A stretch of 32,000 nucleotides of DNA, taken from Bdellovibrionales bacterium. GTDB taxonomy: Bacteria > Bdellovibrionota > Bdellovibrionia > Bdellovibrionales > UBA1609. The stretch's first letter is position 1, and every line of letters starts with the position of its first letter. The notes under the pieces are model-generated. The model was given only the letters and a program-made list of their open reading frames with translations. It did not search any database and was not told the origin of the DNA. Positions 23,402-32,000 of this stretch are shown here, in pieces. The stretch spans positions 420,001 to 452,000 of the forward strand of contig OZ252021.1 of NCBI GenBank assembly GCA_965247685.1, read 5' to 3'. The position numbers and the translations under genes are program-made.

Positions 23402-25708
23402 TTATTGAGGGCAACTCACATTTAAGATATTTTTAGAAACCATTCTTTTTGCTAAATTTACCGCTAACTTTATTGCTTCTAGTCGAGTTAAGTGAACTCC
23501 GTCACCAAAAATATCCCTCATAAAATCTTCAGCTTTGATAAAATAACTCCCATAATTTATTCCTATATTTAATACACCTACAAGACTTGATTTATCCATC
23601 AGATCTAATTCAGAAATAACATAAAAATATACAAATTTTAGATCCACATCTTGATCAGAAAGGCACATCACATTATTTATTCCATACTCTATAAGCCCTT
23701 CCCAAAGCTCAAAACCTTTTCCCATAGCTTCTGTATAGTCTACAGCATCATCTTCGTTTTGATCAAATCGAGTGATCATCACTTCTTGAAACACAAGAGC
23801 ATAAAAAACAAACTCAAGTTGTTTTTTTTCTATTTCTTGAACAGGTCCACCTAGCTCAATCACTTGAATTAAAAAATCAACATATCTATTTAAGGAATCT
23901 TGATCGAGCTCACGGATAAAATCTTGAAAATAAGGAGCATATGGCATTCGCTCATGCACATAGGTGACAATATTATTTTTAAAACACGACAGATCAATCA
24001 ATGAACACTCTTGACTTAAAAATTGAAAGAGATCGCCCGCTCCTCTTTTAATATGTAAGTAAACAGGAAATAACTCTAAACCTTCTTTTCGAGATAATAA
24101 ATCAACTTTTTTTCCACGCTCATCCAGTACATAATCAGGCTTATAATAGCCTTCTGTAGAATAAAGAAGGATATTACTCATTACAAACTCTACTCTTCCA
24201 TATTTTTTTTCAGGGTCTATAGAAGGCTCTTGACCTCTTATTAAGAGAGATAAAGTATTATAATCTTTAATAAGCATTCCAAATTCTTGTTCCTCGAGGC
24301 CTCTTTTTGGATATTGGTGGGCGTATCGATCCATCACAATATTTACTAAAGAAGAGTAAACATTATTAATAGTTAAGTTCTTGTACCTAAAACCCTGAGG
24401 TCTTGCTGAAGGGTAGGTATAATGCACATCAAAATATCCCAAAGAGCCTTCACTGTATAAAGGCTTTATCTGATAAAGTGAGTTTATAGTCTTTAAAGAA
24501 GAATGGAAAGATTGCTTTTTTACCACACGATCGTTCTTAAAAAGATCATGAATAGAGTAGTATGGATGATTCTTCAACCAAACTTTAAGGGCATCAATGG
24601 AGTTTTGAGTATTTTTCCATGATTGATAATGAGCCTTCCACCATTTCAGCTCTGACAACTCTAAAGAAAAATTCTGTGTTTCAGGTTGCTCAATAATACT
24701 TTCAAACAGATGTTCTAAAAATCTTTCAATATGAGTCACAGAAATACCTTGGGGTAAAACTTTGTCATCATTTAAAGAGTGAGCAACATTCAAGAGTTCT
24801 TTGATTGTTAAAGATTTTTCCGGAGAAGAGGAAACTTTTTTATCTAAGAAAGTAAACCCATTCTCCAAAGCTACAGAATAGTGTTGAATTTTATCTTGAA
24901 AATTATCACTCTGATCTCCATGAATCTTATGCAGGTATACAGACCATATATCCATAGTCATATCAAGAAGTCGAGGCCACTCGTAGGCTTCAATAACATC
25001 TTTTGAGTTTTTCAGCATAAAAGGAGCTGTGTTTTTGAATAACTTAAACCACTTGAAGTCTTGCTCTTCTGAAAACTGAAATATTTCATTAGATTGTTCT
25101 AAAAATTTTAACGCAGAATCTAGAGAATAAGGTTGAGTAAATAATTTTTGAGATAATTCTTGAAGACTGCTTCTTAGTTGCAAAGTACTTTTTTTTAATT
25201 CTTCATTGCTTGAGATCTTTTGATTATAGAGAACATCCATATAAGGGTAAATGTCAGATACTAGATTTCCTAAAAAACCAATACGCTCGCTGATTTGATC
25301 CAGCTCTTCAGAGGTAAGCATTTTTGAACTCCCTCCCACTAAACCAACTTTAAGATCCATTAAACTATCGAGAAACTGATTCGAAAGTTTTTTTTCTTTT
25401 AGAAAGAATTCTTGTAAAAAATTTCTCAACTCTTCAGGCTCATAAGTATCCACTTCTTGCCCCCATACATGATGTTTAAAGATGTGCAAAGCCGACTGTA
25501 GACATTGAGCAACCTGACCAATTTCTTCTTGTGGAATTTCTTTATTCAAATAACTTTCAAACTTTTGGTTCAATCCATCAAGACAACCCAGATTAGTATC
25601 ACTTAAAGGGATATTCTTATAGGTATCGCCCACATACAATCCGCAGTGACTCAATAAAGTCACAGCTAAAACAATTTTTAGGATATATAAATAAAATCTA
25701 AAATCCAT
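23402..25708 (-). CDS. Hypothetical exported protein (768 aa) with an EF-hand-like Ca-binding loop near the C-terminus
   Basis: This is a long ORF with an N-terminal hydrophobic signal (YILKIVLAVTLLSHCGLY). The content looks mostly helical. The loop FDQNEDDAVDYTE is encoded at 23729-23767. The start overlaps the upstream OMP gene by 11 nt. Confidence 0.7.
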   Translation of the reverse strand: MDFRFYLYILKIVLAVTLLSHCGLYVGDTYKNIPLSDTNLGCLDGLNQKFESYLNKEIPQEEIGQVAQCLQSALHIFKHHVWGQEVDTYEPEELRNFLQEFFLKEKKLSNQFLDSLMDLKVGLVGGSSKMLTSEELDQISERIGFLGNLVSDIYPYMDVLYNQKISSNEELKKSTLQLRSSLQELSQKLFTQPYSLDSALKFLEQSNEIFQFSEEQDFKWFKLFKNTAPFMLKNSKDVIEAYEWPRLLDMTMDIWSVYLHKIHGDQSDNFQDKIQHYSVALENGFTFLDKKVSSSPEKSLTIKELLNVAHSLNDDKVLPQGISVTHIERFLEHLFESIIEQPETQNFSLELSELKWWKAHYQSWKNTQNSIDALKVWLKNHPYYSIHDLFKNDRVVKKQSFHSSLKTINSLYQIKPLYSEGSLGYFDVHYTYPSARPQGFRYKNLTINNVYSSLVNIVMDRYAHQYPKRGLEEQEFGMLIKDYNTLSLLIRGQEPSIDPEKKYGRVEFVMSNILLYSTEGYYKPDYVLDERGKKVDLLSRKEGLELFPVYLHIKRGAGDLFQFLSQECSLIDLSCFKNNIVTYVHERMPYAPYFQDFIRELDQDSLNRYVDFLIQVIELGGPVQEIEKKQLEFVFYALVFQEVMITRFDQNEDDAVDYTEAMGKGFELWEGLIEYGINNVMCLSDQDVDLKFVYFYVISELDLMDKSSLVGVLNIGINYGSYFIKAEDFMRDIFGDGVHLTRLEAIKLAVNLAKRMVSKNILNVSCPQ

Positions 25709-27083
25709 ATTGCACCTTTAAAGACAATCGATCGTTATTTCCAAACCAAGTCAAGAAGCTATTTTTGAACTTGTACTCAGACCCTAGTATATCGCACTCA
25801 AATAAAACCCAAATTTGAGAATTAAAAAAATAAGAAAGCTTCCATTGAAGCCATCCTCCTTTGTTGGAAGAATCATACCAGTATCTTAAAAAAGATTTTA
25901 CTTTTTGCTCTTTTCCCCATAAAAAATCTGTCGTCCAATCTACAGCAAAACCACTTGTGATTTTTAACCTCTTTAAAGAAACTAAAGAATCCACTGTTCC
26001 ACCAATGAGTGAAATATGGTGTTGTTCCTTAATCCATGAGTTCAAAAAAGATAAACGAATAGAATTTCGATTCCAAGGCACAAAGTGAATATCCCTTGCA
26101 ATAGATGCAGAATAAAAAAGAATCGTATGAGGAATACTAGGGATAATCCAATTTTGAGGCAAATCAACACGGTCCAAAGTTTCATCCAGTAAACCAGTAT
26201 AGACAGACCAATCCTTCCAACGAAACCCTGTATCTACTGAAATCAGTTGATGTGTTAGAGAATGATGATAGATGGAGCTGTCTAAAGATGCACCTGAAAT
26301 GTTAATTCCAGTTTTCACACGATAAAAAATATTATTCAAAGGTTTTTGAGCATAAGATAAAGAAATCCAATTATTCTTCTTAGAACCTAGAATAAAATTA
26401 ATATTATAACTTCTTTGCAAAATCACACTAGTCAAATAAGGTTGCTGAATCCAGTAATAAGCATCCAGTTCTTTGTTGAGAATAGAGACATTGGTCGCAG
26501 GAGGAGTTCCCCAACGGGATTTAGATTGAATAGAGCCTGCTTTGTTCTCTCCAATAGAGGATCCCTCATTAGGGAAAAACAACGCTCCGATGAAACTAGT
26601 TAGAGACCAGTAGTCTCCTTTAAAAATAATTGCAGAACCTAATACACCTAATTCTTCAGGATTAAAATAATCAAATAAGTTTCTAGGATTCCATAACCCC
26701 AGATCCCAATAGCTATCAAGCCAGCTCCACTGTTTTTTATAACGTCCCAAAGAAGCTTGAAAACCATTTAAGAAAGAAACGGTTTTAATGTCCTTAACAT
26801 GATATCCAAAATTAGCATGAGGGACAGAAACAAAATACCTCTGACTTGCATCCAAGGAAAGAGTCGCTCTCACATTGAAATCGTAGTAAACATATTTATA
26901 TTGCTGTTGAGTTTTCATCTGACTCGACACCATCCAATAGTAATCGAGTTGTTCTGAATAAGATTTAGGGCTTATATACCAATCTGCTTGTGTTTGAAAA
27001 TTAAAATGTACTTTGCCATTTTCTGCAAAGAGGCAAAAACAAAATAGAGCAATAAAAATAAAACCAAAGTTTTTCAAAAACAT
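25698..27083 (-). CDS. Predicted outer-membrane beta-barrel protein (family not recognised)
   Basis: The signal peptide is MFLKNFGFIFIALFCFCLFA/ENG. Short alternating hydrophobic/aromatic strands rich in W and Y occur throughout. The C-terminal sequence LSLKVQYGF ends in Phe, which is typical of BAM substrates. Confidence 0.7.
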   Translation of the reverse strand: MFLKNFGFIFIALFCFCLFAENGKVHFNFQTQADWYISPKSYSEQLDYYWMVSSQMKTQQQYKYVYYDFNVRATLSLDASQRYFVSVPHANFGYHVKDIKTVSFLNGFQASLGRYKKQWSWLDSYWDLGLWNPRNLFDYFNPEELGVLGSAIIFKGDYWSLTSFIGALFFPNEGSSIGENKAGSIQSKSRWGTPPATNVSILNKELDAYYWIQQPYLTSVILQRSYNINFILGSKKNNWISLSYAQKPLNNIFYRVKTGINISGASLDSSIYHHSLTHQLISVDTGFRWKDWSVYTGLLDETLDRVDLPQNWIIPSIPHTILFYSASIARDIHFVPWNRNSIRLSFLNSWIKEQHHISLIGGTVDSLVSLKRLKITSGFAVDWTTDFLWGKEQKVKSFLRYWYDSSNKGGWLQWKLSYFFNSQIWVLFECDILGSEYKFKNSFLTWFGNNDRLSLKVQYGF

Positions 27084-27120
27084 ATTCTTTGAACCTTCCG
27101 CTAAACATAAAACACCATGA

Positions 27121-27161
27121 ATATATAAAACCCCATTATACAGTATTTTAATACTAAGGGG
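27121..27161 (-). promoter_or_regulatory. Terminator-like hairpin plus U-tract in the 5' leader of the OMP gene
   Basis: On the plus strand, CCCC (27131-27134) pairs with GGGG (27158-27161). These enclose the palindrome AGTATT-TT-AATACT (27142-27155). Read on the minus strand, the hairpin is followed by TTTTATATATT (27130-27120). It lies about 40-80 nt upstream of the start at 27083. Confidence 0.3.
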
Positions 27162-27438
27162 ATTCTGATTTTTTGGAACTCTGTTTTAATGTTTTTTTGA
27201 GTGTAATTTTTACATACAGTTCTCTTTTAGAATACTTTAAAATGAGTTTTAAGACTCTCTTTAAATCAGGGAGCCCATGCAATAATAGATAAAGAAATGC
27301 AACTTGAAGCTGCTAAGATCTAATTTTATACAGTGCATCTATAAAAGTTAAAGTGTGCTGTAATAGATCCCTTTAAAGTCAGAAATTAAATTTACTGATT
27401 TTTGAGATGTAAATTAAGTCCTGACTCTATGAAACACA

Positions 27439-27468
27439 TTGAAAAAAATCAGAATAATTAGCGATAAT
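27439..27468 (+). promoter_or_regulatory. Candidate sigma70-type promoter for nrdA
   Basis: TTGAAA lies at 27439-27444 and GATAAT at 27463-27468, with an 18-nt spacer. This would give a leader of about 110 nt. It is a pattern match only. Confidence 0.3.
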
Positions 27469-27585
27469 TAAATGAACAACTAAAAGACAAAGTGGCTGTA
27501 TTAATGCAGATCGACATGATGTGTAGAGACTTTATGCCACAAAAATATAGTGGTAATCGTTTTGTTCTTGTCCAGTGAGGGGTAC

Positions 27586-29976
27586 ATGACAGAGTTAGAA
27601 ACTCACACAAATACAAATATTCAATCTGAGTCCACCGGAAATTCTTCAGATCAAAGTACTCCCAAAATCATGAGTGTTAAAAAACGAGATGGCTCTTTAG
27701 AGCCTGTGAATGTAAATAAAATTATTAATGTAGTTTATGCTTGTTCTTCTGGATTAGAATCCGTAGACCCAATGCGAGTCGCCACTCGCGCCATTAGCGG
27801 TCTTTACGACGGAACTTCTACAAAAGAATTAGATGAGCTTTGCATTCGTACTGCTTCACTTTTAATTTCTGAAGACCCTCAGTATTCTCAATTAGCAGCT
27901 CGATTAATGGATCGCTACATCGAAGAAGAAGTAACAAGTCAACAAATCGGTAATTTTTATGAGTCAGCTAAGAAGGCATTTGAAGTTCAACTTATTTCTA
28001 AGCAGACTTTTGCTTTCATTAAAGAACACAAAGAAGCTTTAAATATTATTATCAACAAAAACCAATCCCGCAGATTAGAGTATTTTGGAATTCGAACTAT
28101 CTATGATCGATATCTATTCAAGCATCCTCATTCTCGCCTCGTCATCGAAACACCTCAGTATTTTTTCCTTCGAGTTGCCAGTGGTCTTTCTAAAACTTTC
28201 AAAGAAGCGACAGAACTTTATGAGTTAATCTCAAGCCTTGATTATATGCCTAGCTCTCCTACACTGTTTAATTCCGGCTCTCCTCGATCACAGCTTTCCT
28301 CCTGTTACTTGCTGGACTCTCCTGAAGATAGTTTAGACTCCATCTATAACAAATATAAAGACATTGCCCTGCTTTCTAAGTATGCAGGAGGTATTGGGGT
28401 TTCATTTAGTCGCGTGAGAGCTCGAGGTTCGTTGATTCAAGGAACCAATGGACACTCTAATGGTATCATTCCTTTCTTAAAAACTTTAGACTCCTCCGTA
28501 GCTGCTGTAAATCAAGGAGGTCGCCGAAAAGGAGCTGCTTGTGTTTATCTTGAAACTTGGCATGCTGATATCGAAGAATTCTTAGAACTTAAAGATAATA
28601 CTGGAGATGAACATCAAAGAACCTACAACCTGAACTTAGCTAATTGGGTTCCTAACCTTTTTATGAAAAGAGTCGAAGCTAACGAAGAGTGGTCTTTATT
28701 TGATCCTAAGGATGTACCAAATTTTGTGGATCTCTTTGGCGAAGAATTTGAAAAAGCTTATCTTAAAGCAGAAGTAGACGGACTGGCTCTCAAAAAAGTT
28801 TCTTCGAGAAAACTCTATTCTAGAATGATGAAAACACTCGCAGAAACAGGTAATGGTTGGATGACCTTTAAGGATCATTGCAATCAAAAGTGTAACCAAA
28901 CCAAGGAAAAAGGAAATATTGTACATCTTTCTAATTTATGCACCGAAATTTTAGAAGTGACCTCTTCACAGCAAACTGCGGTATGCAACCTAGGTTCTAT
29001 TAATTTAGCGAATTTTTACCATAATAAGGATGCAGTCGACTGGAAAAGGCTAGCTAAAACGGTTAAAATCGCTTGTATTTTCTTAGATCGTGTTGTCGAT
29101 ATTAATTTTTATCCTACTGATACCTCTAAAAAATCGAACAATTTATGGAGACCCGTTGGTTTAGGATTAATGGGGTGGCAAGATTTACTATTTAAATTGA
29201 AATTAACTTTTGATAGCCCCGAAGCTTTAAAACTTGCTCGGGATATTCAAGAAGACATTTATTACAATGCTCTCAAAACATCCTGCGAACTAGCCAGTAA
29301 GCACAGTCCTCATAAAAGTTTTGATCAAACCCGAGCAGCTGAGTTAATGTTGCAGTTCGATTTATGGAATGAAAACCCTAAGAATAAAGATAAGTGGAAT
29401 AAACTGAAGCAACAAATCAAACAGCACGGGCTTAGAAACTCACTGATGATTGCCATCGCACCAACAGCTACTATTGCCTCCATTTCTGGAGTATATGAAG
29501 CTATTGAGCCGCAAATTTCAAATCTTTTTAAAAGAGAAACTCTTTCTGGAGAATTTATTCAAATCAACAAGTATTTGGTCGCTGAATTAAAAAAAATAGG
29601 GTTATGGAATGACAACATTAGAAATAAAATTAAAATGAATGATGGCTCGATTCAAAACATAAAAGAAATCCCTGTAGAACTCAAAACTATTTATAGAACA
29701 GCTTGGGAGCTACCGCAAAAGTCCTTGATTGATCTAGCCAGAGCAAGAGGTCCTTACATTGATCAAAGCCAATCTTTAAACCTATTTATTGAAAGTCCTT
29801 CCATTGGAAAGCTTTCCAGTATGTATATGTACGCATGGAAAAATGGAATAAAAACAAGTTATTATCTACGCTCCAGACCAGCCACTCGTATCTCCAAGGT
29901 AACGGTTCAATATGACACTGCTTTTGATGATAATTCGTCTTTAGAAAACCCTGAGATCTGTGAATCCTGCCAGTAA
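27586..29976 (+). CDS. nrdA: Ribonucleoside-diphosphate reductase alpha subunit (class Ia-like NrdA) with an ATP-cone
   Basis: The ATP-cone is VKKRDGSLEPVNVNKIINVV. The active-site region is NLCTEI. The motif AIAPTATIASISG is present, and the C-terminal redox pair is CESC. The preferred start is the ATG at 27586 (MTELETH), preceded by GTGAGGGG. The track's GTG at 27550 adds 12 residues. Confidence 0.95.
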   Translation: MTELETHTNTNIQSESTGNSSDQSTPKIMSVKKRDGSLEPVNVNKIINVVYACSSGLESVDPMRVATRAISGLYDGTSTKELDELCIRTASLLISEDPQYSQLAARLMDRYIEEEVTSQQIGNFYESAKKAFEVQLISKQTFAFIKEHKEALNIIINKNQSRRLEYFGIRTIYDRYLFKHPHSRLVIETPQYFFLRVASGLSKTFKEATELYELISSLDYMPSSPTLFNSGSPRSQLSSCYLLDSPEDSLDSIYNKYKDIALLSKYAGGIGVSFSRVRARGSLIQGTNGHSNGIIPFLKTLDSSVAAVNQGGRRKGAACVYLETWHADIEEFLELKDNTGDEHQRTYNLNLANWVPNLFMKRVEANEEWSLFDPKDVPNFVDLFGEEFEKAYLKAEVDGLALKKVSSRKLYSRMMKTLAETGNGWMTFKDHCNQKCNQTKEKGNIVHLSNLCTEILEVTSSQQTAVCNLGSINLANFYHNKDAVDWKRLAKTVKIACIFLDRVVDINFYPTDTSKKSNNLWRPVGLGLMGWQDLLFKLKLTFDSPEALKLARDIQEDIYYNALKTSCELASKHSPHKSFDQTRAAELMLQFDLWNENPKNKDKWNKLKQQIKQHGLRNSLMIAIAPTATIASISGVYEAIEPQISNLFKRETLSGEFIQINKYLVAELKKIGLWNDNIRNKIKMNDGSIQNIKEIPVELKTIYRTAWELPQKSLIDLARARGPYIDQSQSLNLFIESPSIGKLSSMYMYAWKNGIKTSYYLRSRPATRISKVTVQYDTAFDDNSSLENPEICESCQ

Positions 29977-30014
29977 AAAAATATTTTAGGCTTCAGTCAA
30001 TAAAAGTAGACTCA

Positions 30015-30905
30015 ATGGAAATTCAAAAAAACACTCCATTAAAAGATTGGACGAGCTGGAAGGTGGGAGGCCTAGCAGAGTATCTTTGCTTTCCTTCTCA
30101 TCTGAAAGACCTTCAAAAAGCTTGTGTGTGGGCTCATGAGAAAAAAATACCTATTACCACTTTGAGTGGAGGAACCAATGTTCTTATTAGCGATCAAGGA
30201 ATCCCAGGTTTAGTTATTATCTTAAACAAATTAAACTCTGTAAAAGTGCAGGAGAATAAAGATGAAATTGCCATTCAAGCTCTTGCAGGTGCTTCTAAAG
30301 GTCAAATTTTTAAAATTTTTTCACTTTATCAATTAGCTCCTGCTTTATTTCTTTGTGGATTACCAGGTGATGTTGGCGGAGGAGTCGTGATGAATGCAGG
30401 TGTCAGTTATGATATTTATCCTTATGAATTTTCCCAAATTGTAGATTGGGTGGAAGTTTTGAATGATAAACAACTTCAAACTTTTAAAAAAGAAGAACTT
30501 ATTTGGAAATACCGCTCCTGCCAAGGTTTTACAGGAATCATCTATAGAGTAGGACTTAAATGGCCAAACCAAAAATTAGAAAATTTCCATCAGCAAGTTC
30601 GAACGATCAACCGTAAAAGATTATCTTCTCAACCTTTAAACCATCCAAGTTGTGGGTCTGTTTTTGTGAATCCTCCCAAAGAAAAATCGGGTCGCCTTAT
30701 TGAAAAAGCAGGGCTTAAAGGTTTCAAATTGGGTGGAGCTGAGGTTTCGAGTAAGCATGCTAATTTTATAGTGAACCAAAATCAAGCTACAGCGCTTGAT
30801 ATTCATCAAATCATTTGTCATGTTCAAAAAACTGTGAAAGAAAAATTTAATATCCAATTAAAAACAGAAGTGAAGTATTTAGGTTCATGGGATAAAGAAG
30901 AATAA
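30015..30905 (+). CDS. murB: UDP-N-acetylenolpyruvoylglucosamine reductase (short type II MurB)
   Basis: The FAD-binding N-terminal region contains WTSWKVGG and LSGGTNVLISD. The C-terminal region contains SCGSVFVNP and ANFIVN. Confidence 0.93.
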   Translation: MEIQKNTPLKDWTSWKVGGLAEYLCFPSHLKDLQKACVWAHEKKIPITTLSGGTNVLISDQGIPGLVIILNKLNSVKVQENKDEIAIQALAGASKGQIFKIFSLYQLAPALFLCGLPGDVGGGVVMNAGVSYDIYPYEFSQIVDWVEVLNDKQLQTFKKEELIWKYRSCQGFTGIIYRVGLKWPNQKLENFHQQVRTINRKRLSSQPLNHPSCGSVFVNPPKEKSGRLIEKAGLKGFKLGGAEVSSKHANFIVNQNQATALDIHQIICHVQKTVKEKFNIQLKTEVKYLGSWDKEE

Positions 30906-30914
30906 TTTTAAAAA

Positions 30915-31907
30915 ATGAGCAGCATGAAAAAAATAGTTTTAATTCAAGGTGGAAATGGAGCTGAAAGCTCCATCAGCTTGATGACAGGAAAAAAAGTAGC
31001 TGAAGCTTTAAAAGAGTTGAATATTCCTTTTACTCCTCTGGAAGCTAATTCAAAACTCTATAGCAATTTAATGAAAATTCGACCTGATGCGGCTTTTTTA
31101 GCCGTGCATGGAACTTATGGAGAAGACGGATTGCTTCAAGGGATTTTAGAATATTTAAAAATTCCCTACACAGGAAGTGGAGTTTTATCGAGCGCCCTAT
31201 GTATGAACAAAAATGTTTTCAAACAGATTCTGTTAAAGAATAAGATATTAACAGCTCCCTTTTTATTTTTGAATATACAAAAAAATTCATATCAAGTTTT
31301 AGATTTTTATGGACTTCAAAAAAGTACAATAGAAAATCTTCAAACTGAGCTTCAAAAAAATGGAACTTTATCTGCCCCACCTTTTTTACCTTGCGTAGTG
31401 AAACCTAATCGTTCAGGTTCCAGCATTGGAGTGACAATTTGTACATCTGAAGGGGAGTGGAAGACAGCTATCGAAAGTGCATTAAAAGTGGATCATGAAA
31501 TCCTCATCGAAAAGTATATCAAAGGAGTAGAAATTGCAGTCTCTTATTTTGATGAAAAAGCTCTCACCCCTGTTGAAATCAAACCTCCGAGAGGTTTCTT
31601 TTATGATTTCAAACGCAAGTATGAAAAAAACCAAACTCAATATATTCTTCCACCGACACTCAACCCTCATACGGTTGAAAAACTCAAAACCATTACCTTG
31701 AATGTCCAAAATCTATATCAAGTGAAAACTTACGGGCGAATAGATTTTATTTTAGATCAAAACGAAAAGGCCTATGCTTTGGAGATGAACACTTTACCAG
31801 GGCTTACTCTTCTTTCTTTATTACCAATGTCTGCAAAATATGACGGTATTTCTTACAATCAACTCATTCAAACTATTCTTGAAAAGGCCGCTCTCGAATA
31901 CTCATAG
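30915..31907 (+). CDS. ddl: D-alanine--D-alanine ligase
   Basis: The motifs are HGTYGEDGLLQGILEYLKIPYTGSG, the ATP-grasp segment VKPNRSGSSIGV and the terminal EMNTLPGLT. Confidence 0.93.
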   Translation: MSSMKKIVLIQGGNGAESSISLMTGKKVAEALKELNIPFTPLEANSKLYSNLMKIRPDAAFLAVHGTYGEDGLLQGILEYLKIPYTGSGVLSSALCMNKNVFKQILLKNKILTAPFLFLNIQKNSYQVLDFYGLQKSTIENLQTELQKNGTLSAPPFLPCVVKPNRSGSSIGVTICTSEGEWKTAIESALKVDHEILIEKYIKGVEIAVSYFDEKALTPVEIKPPRGFFYDFKRKYEKNQTQYILPPTLNPHTVEKLKTITLNVQNLYQVKTYGRIDFILDQNEKAYALEMNTLPGLTLLSLLPMSAKYDGISYNQLIQTILEKAALEYS

Positions 31908-32000
31908 AAGTTTTAAGACTATTATTAGACTCTGCTTTATCCTTTGAGTTTTATTTTTCATAGGTAGTAATAACTAGTTCCTTCTCCTGTTTTTTTCTTT

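Noticed and set aside
27505-27556. Possible NrdR boxes (acatgatgtgtagag and ccacaaaaatatagtgg) or a cobalamin riboswitch upstream of nrdA.
   Set aside because: The palindrome CCAC-N9-GTGG has one base too many between its arms relative to the 16-bp NrdR consensus as I recall it (acaCwAtATaTwGtgt). The upstream candidate matches only about 10 of 16 positions, and the two centres are about 26 nt apart rather than the usual helical phasing. I saw no B12-box-like GCCACTG on the sense strand. An NrdR PWM scan and an Rfam scan would settle it.
1-32000. Mobile elements, prophage, defence islands (restriction-modification, toxin-antitoxin, CRISPR-Cas, retrons) or tRNA/rRNA genes.
   Set aside because: I recognised no integrase, transposase, recombinase, nuclease-helicase defence signature, terminal inverted repeats or cloverleaf-like tRNA candidates. 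rmuC here sits alone among housekeeping genes with no partner defence genes. A tRNAscan, Infernal and DefenseFinder run would be the definitive check.

Overview
This is an AT-rich chromosomal segment (roughly one-third G+C by eye) from a diderm bacterium. It is tightly packed with about 26 protein genes. I saw no rRNA, tRNA, CRISPR array, transposase, integrase or phage genes. Recognisable housekeeping genes are clpB (encoded without its N-terminal domain), mutS, class Ia nrdA, murB, ddl and rmuC. Also recognisable are an ABC-2 exporter pair, a ZIP metal transporter, a CBS-pair protein and an acyl-CoA thioesterase co-oriented with a small LuxR/GerE regulator. Envelope-related genes include a PF00144-type serine hydrolase, an NlpC/P60 lipoprotein, a DUF885 lipoprotein and an FGE/SUMF1-domain lipoprotein. 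A large share of the genes encode exported proteins with signal peptides or lipoboxes. The most unusual content is at 3406-7570. Four tandem, divergent paralogues there encode acidic lipoproteins with a fixed cysteine signature, belong to no family I can name, and sit directly upstream of the ABC-2 exporter. Other notable items: a His/Pro- and Cys-loop-rich secreted protein (377-1465); a bipartite histone-H1-like protein with a recent internal duplication that overlaps the downstream hydrolase gene (10195-10875); and a translationally coupled pair of a predicted outer-membrane barrel and a 768-aa exported protein with an EF-hand-like loop (23402-27083). All functional calls rest on motifs I recognised by eye and were not checked by database search. 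I cannot show that any of these is a new system; the lipoprotein array plus exporter is the best candidate.
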